Source: a candidate division WOR-3 bacterium
GTDB lineage: Bacteria; Hydrothermota; Tepidihabitantia; Tepidihabitantales; Tepidihabitantaceae
Assembly (NCBI GenBank): GCA_965649225.1
Contig: CBFGJX010000003.1
Span: 32,001-96,000 of the forward strand
Length of the DNA: 64,000 bases
Direction of reading: 5' to 3'
Positions 62,171 through 64,000 of the stretch are shown piece by piece; the stretch's first letter is position 1; every line of letters starts with the position of its first letter. Under the pieces are notes generated by a model. The model was not told where the DNA came from. It did no database searches and worked only from the letters and a program-made list of their open reading frames with translations. The translations under genes and the position numbers were made by a program.

Positions 62171-62536
62171 ATGCCCAAGCGAATACTGGTTGTTGACGAC
62201 GAGGAAACGGTACGGCTGCTGTTGGGAAAACAGCTCCAAAACGCCGGCTATACTGTCGACCTCTGCGCCGACGGACGTTCGGCCCTGCGGGTTGCGCGGG
62301 AGAACCGACCCGATCTGGCGATTCTGGACCTAACCATGCCCGGGCTCGACGGCTATTCGCTGGTAACGATGTTTCGCCGTGACGCCAGCCTGCGGATGCC
62401 GATTATCGTGCTTTCTGGCCGCGTCAGGGAAATCGACATTCAGGCAGCTCTCGACGCCGGTGCGGATGCCTTCATTGCCAAACCCGCTGACCGCGACATC
62501 CTGCTGGCCAAGATTGCGGAACTGCTCGCCGGCTAG
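62171..62536 (+). CDS. Single-domain response regulator
   Basis: ILVVDDE, PDLAILDLTMPGLDG, VLSG, GADAFIAKP. Confidence 0.92.
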   Translation: MPKRILVVDDEETVRLLLGKQLQNAGYTVDLCADGRSALRVARENRPDLAILDLTMPGLDGYSLVTMFRRDASLRMPIIVLSGRVREIDIQAALDAGADAFIAKPADRDILLAKIAELLAG

Positions 62537-63341
62537 TATTTAGGCCGCTCGCCGCGCCAGCCAGGCTCTCGGGACGATAGAAAACCGTAAACGAGCGCGC
62601 CACCATTGAACCGAAAACCCCGACACCGCCGACCAGGCTAAAGCTGTCCAGCCCCGAGCCAGCGCCGCCACCGAAGCCACCGGCAATCGCCCACTCGAAG
62701 TAGTTCGTATCCAGAGCGCACAGTGTGAAACTGTGTAGCCCGGCCTGGTAGCCAAAAAGAAAGAACAATCTCGGCAACCGGTAATACAGGCTGTCCAGAT
62801 TTCCGCCAGTAGTATCGTTGGGCGCAATCAGATTGAGCTCCAGCGTGTCGAACCGAAAACTCATGTAATATCCGGCAGCATTGCGGCTGCGCGTCCAGAC
62901 CATTGAATCACGCAGGCTGACCGTGTCGCCGTCGCGCGGCCAGACAATCTGGAAATCACCCGGTACTACCGTCCGCCCCTCGACCGTATCGTACTCGGGG
63001 TGTGCCACCTGCAGCCAGATGGTATCGCCGAACCCGGCGCAGACCGAATCCGCCGCCAGATAGCGATCGCCGCCCACCCATGTGCAGGCGGTAGTTTCAC
63101 CCCTGGTCCAGAGTCTTACCGCCGCGCCGGCAAACTGGGATTGAAACGGCTCGCCGATTGCATAGGTACGATTGACGCTGACAGTCGGCCGACAACCACC
63201 GGCCGCCACCAGACCGTGGACACTCAGCCGGGGCGTGAAATCAGCCCCGCCCTCATCACAGCCGCCCGCCAGCAATAATGCCACCAGCACTGCCCGGATC
63301 AGCATCGGTGTCTGCTTGCGGCTGTCGAACATCCTCGTCAT
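62472..63341 (-). CDS. Outer-membrane lipoprotein (DUF4249-like) accompanying the TonB-dependent receptor
   Basis: Lipobox-like LAGGC, C-terminal GGVGVFGS, immediately downstream of the receptor. Confidence 0.7.
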   Translation of the reverse strand: MTRMFDSRKQTPMLIRAVLVALLLAGGCDEGGADFTPRLSVHGLVAAGGCRPTVSVNRTYAIGEPFQSQFAGAAVRLWTRGETTACTWVGGDRYLAADSVCAGFGDTIWLQVAHPEYDTVEGRTVVPGDFQIVWPRDGDTVSLRDSMVWTRSRNAAGYYMSFRFDTLELNLIAPNDTTGGNLDSLYYRLPRLFFLFGYQAGLHSFTLCALDTNYFEWAIAGGFGGGAGSGLDSFSLVGGVGVFGSMVARSFTVFYRPESLAGAASGLNTSRRAVPQSWPAGCRGQRVWQ

Positions 63342-63344
63342 TTT

Positions 63345-64000
63345 TCAGCGGAAACTGGCCTTCGCTCCCAGTGTCGGCAGAATCGGCAGCTGAGGAATCC
63401 GCCGACGGACCGGCAGACCGTCGGACCCGACCTCATAGTAGTACAACAGAACATTCCTGGCATTGTAGACATTGGCCACGTCGACAAATATCTCAACCCG
63501 TGCCCCGCGCAGGTCCCATTGCCGTGTTGCACCGACATCCAGTCGGTGATAAACCGGATAGCGGAACGCATCGCGCGGGCCGCGCAGAAAGCCCCAGGCC
63601 GGCTCACCGGGTTCGGGCTGGCCTGGCCGCTCCTGATACCGGCGATAGAAGCCGACCACGCCCGAGTAAGGCAGCCCGGTACCGATTGTCCAGCGCGCGG
63701 AAATGTCGACACCGTAAAACAACCGCGGCAGAGTCAGGACCAGATTGGCATTGTGTCGCCGGTCATAGTGCGGAAAGTACTCCTCGTCGCCGGTACGACG
63801 GCGCGTCCACGCGAATGAGTAACTCAACCAGCCGTTGATCCGGCCCTCGGTTTTGCGCAGCATCAGATCAGCACCACTCGACCAGCCCGATGCCGGCAAG
63901 AGCGAATCGGGCTGAGTAAAAAACCGCCCGTAGCGCGTTTCCAGCAGGTCCCGGTAATCCTTGTAGTAAAACTCCACCTGCACCATTGCCGTCCGTGCCA
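63345..64000 (-). CDS. TonB-dependent receptor, C-terminal part (5' end outside the window)
   Basis: GWLSYSFA, YDRRH, TG.PY, RYPVYHRLD, NVYNARN, terminal aromatic strand; the frame is open to the window end. Confidence 0.85.
   Translation of the reverse strand, partial: ARTAMVQVEFYYKDYRDLLETRYGRFFTQPDSLLPASGWSSGADLMLRKTEGRINGWLSYSFAWTRRRTGDEEYFPHYDRRHNANLVLTLPRLFYGVDISARWTIGTGLPYSGVVGFYRRYQERPGQPEPGEPAWGFLRGPRDAFRYPVYHRLDVGATRQWDLRGARVEIFVDVANVYNARNVLLYYYEVGSDGLPVRRRIPQLPILPTLGAKASFR

Overview
GC-rich (roughly 60% by eye) bacterial chromosome segment from what appears to be an anaerobic diderm (Lpt genes, TonB-dependent receptor, [FeFe]-hydrogenase, selenocysteine machinery). Most of it is housekeeping: amidase-smpB, a dcw cluster (mraZ to ftsZ, lacking murF/ddl/ftsQ), comEC, ABC/MFS/DASS/Ktr transporters, an adk-map-infA-rpmJ-pyrG-lpt-rpoN-selB-selD-mscS run, a trimeric NADH-linked [FeFe]-hydrogenase with a divergent GAF histidine kinase, and a xylose isomerase-like/xylulokinase pair. 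I saw no tRNA, rRNA, CRISPR array or mobile element. The most interesting item is at 881-7064. A ~1750-aa Ser/Thr kinase-NTPase-TPR-GAF-sigma54 activator is followed by repeated enhancer-like motifs, a near-consensus sigma54 promoter and a strong SD. These drive an 18-aa proline/arginine-rich peptide (MDGIPILPRPRPVIPPPR) that is absent from the ORF track, aligns ungapped with the ribosome-blocking insect peptide oncocin, and lies directly upstream of the ribosome-rescue gene smpB. Other items missed or mis-called by the ORF track: selenoprotein SelD (UGA at codon 15), rpmJ, an amber-interrupted 56-codon ORF, a candidate ~60-nt sRNA, a frameshifted ABC permease and widespread apparently leaderless genes. 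All product calls come from motif recognition, not database searches.
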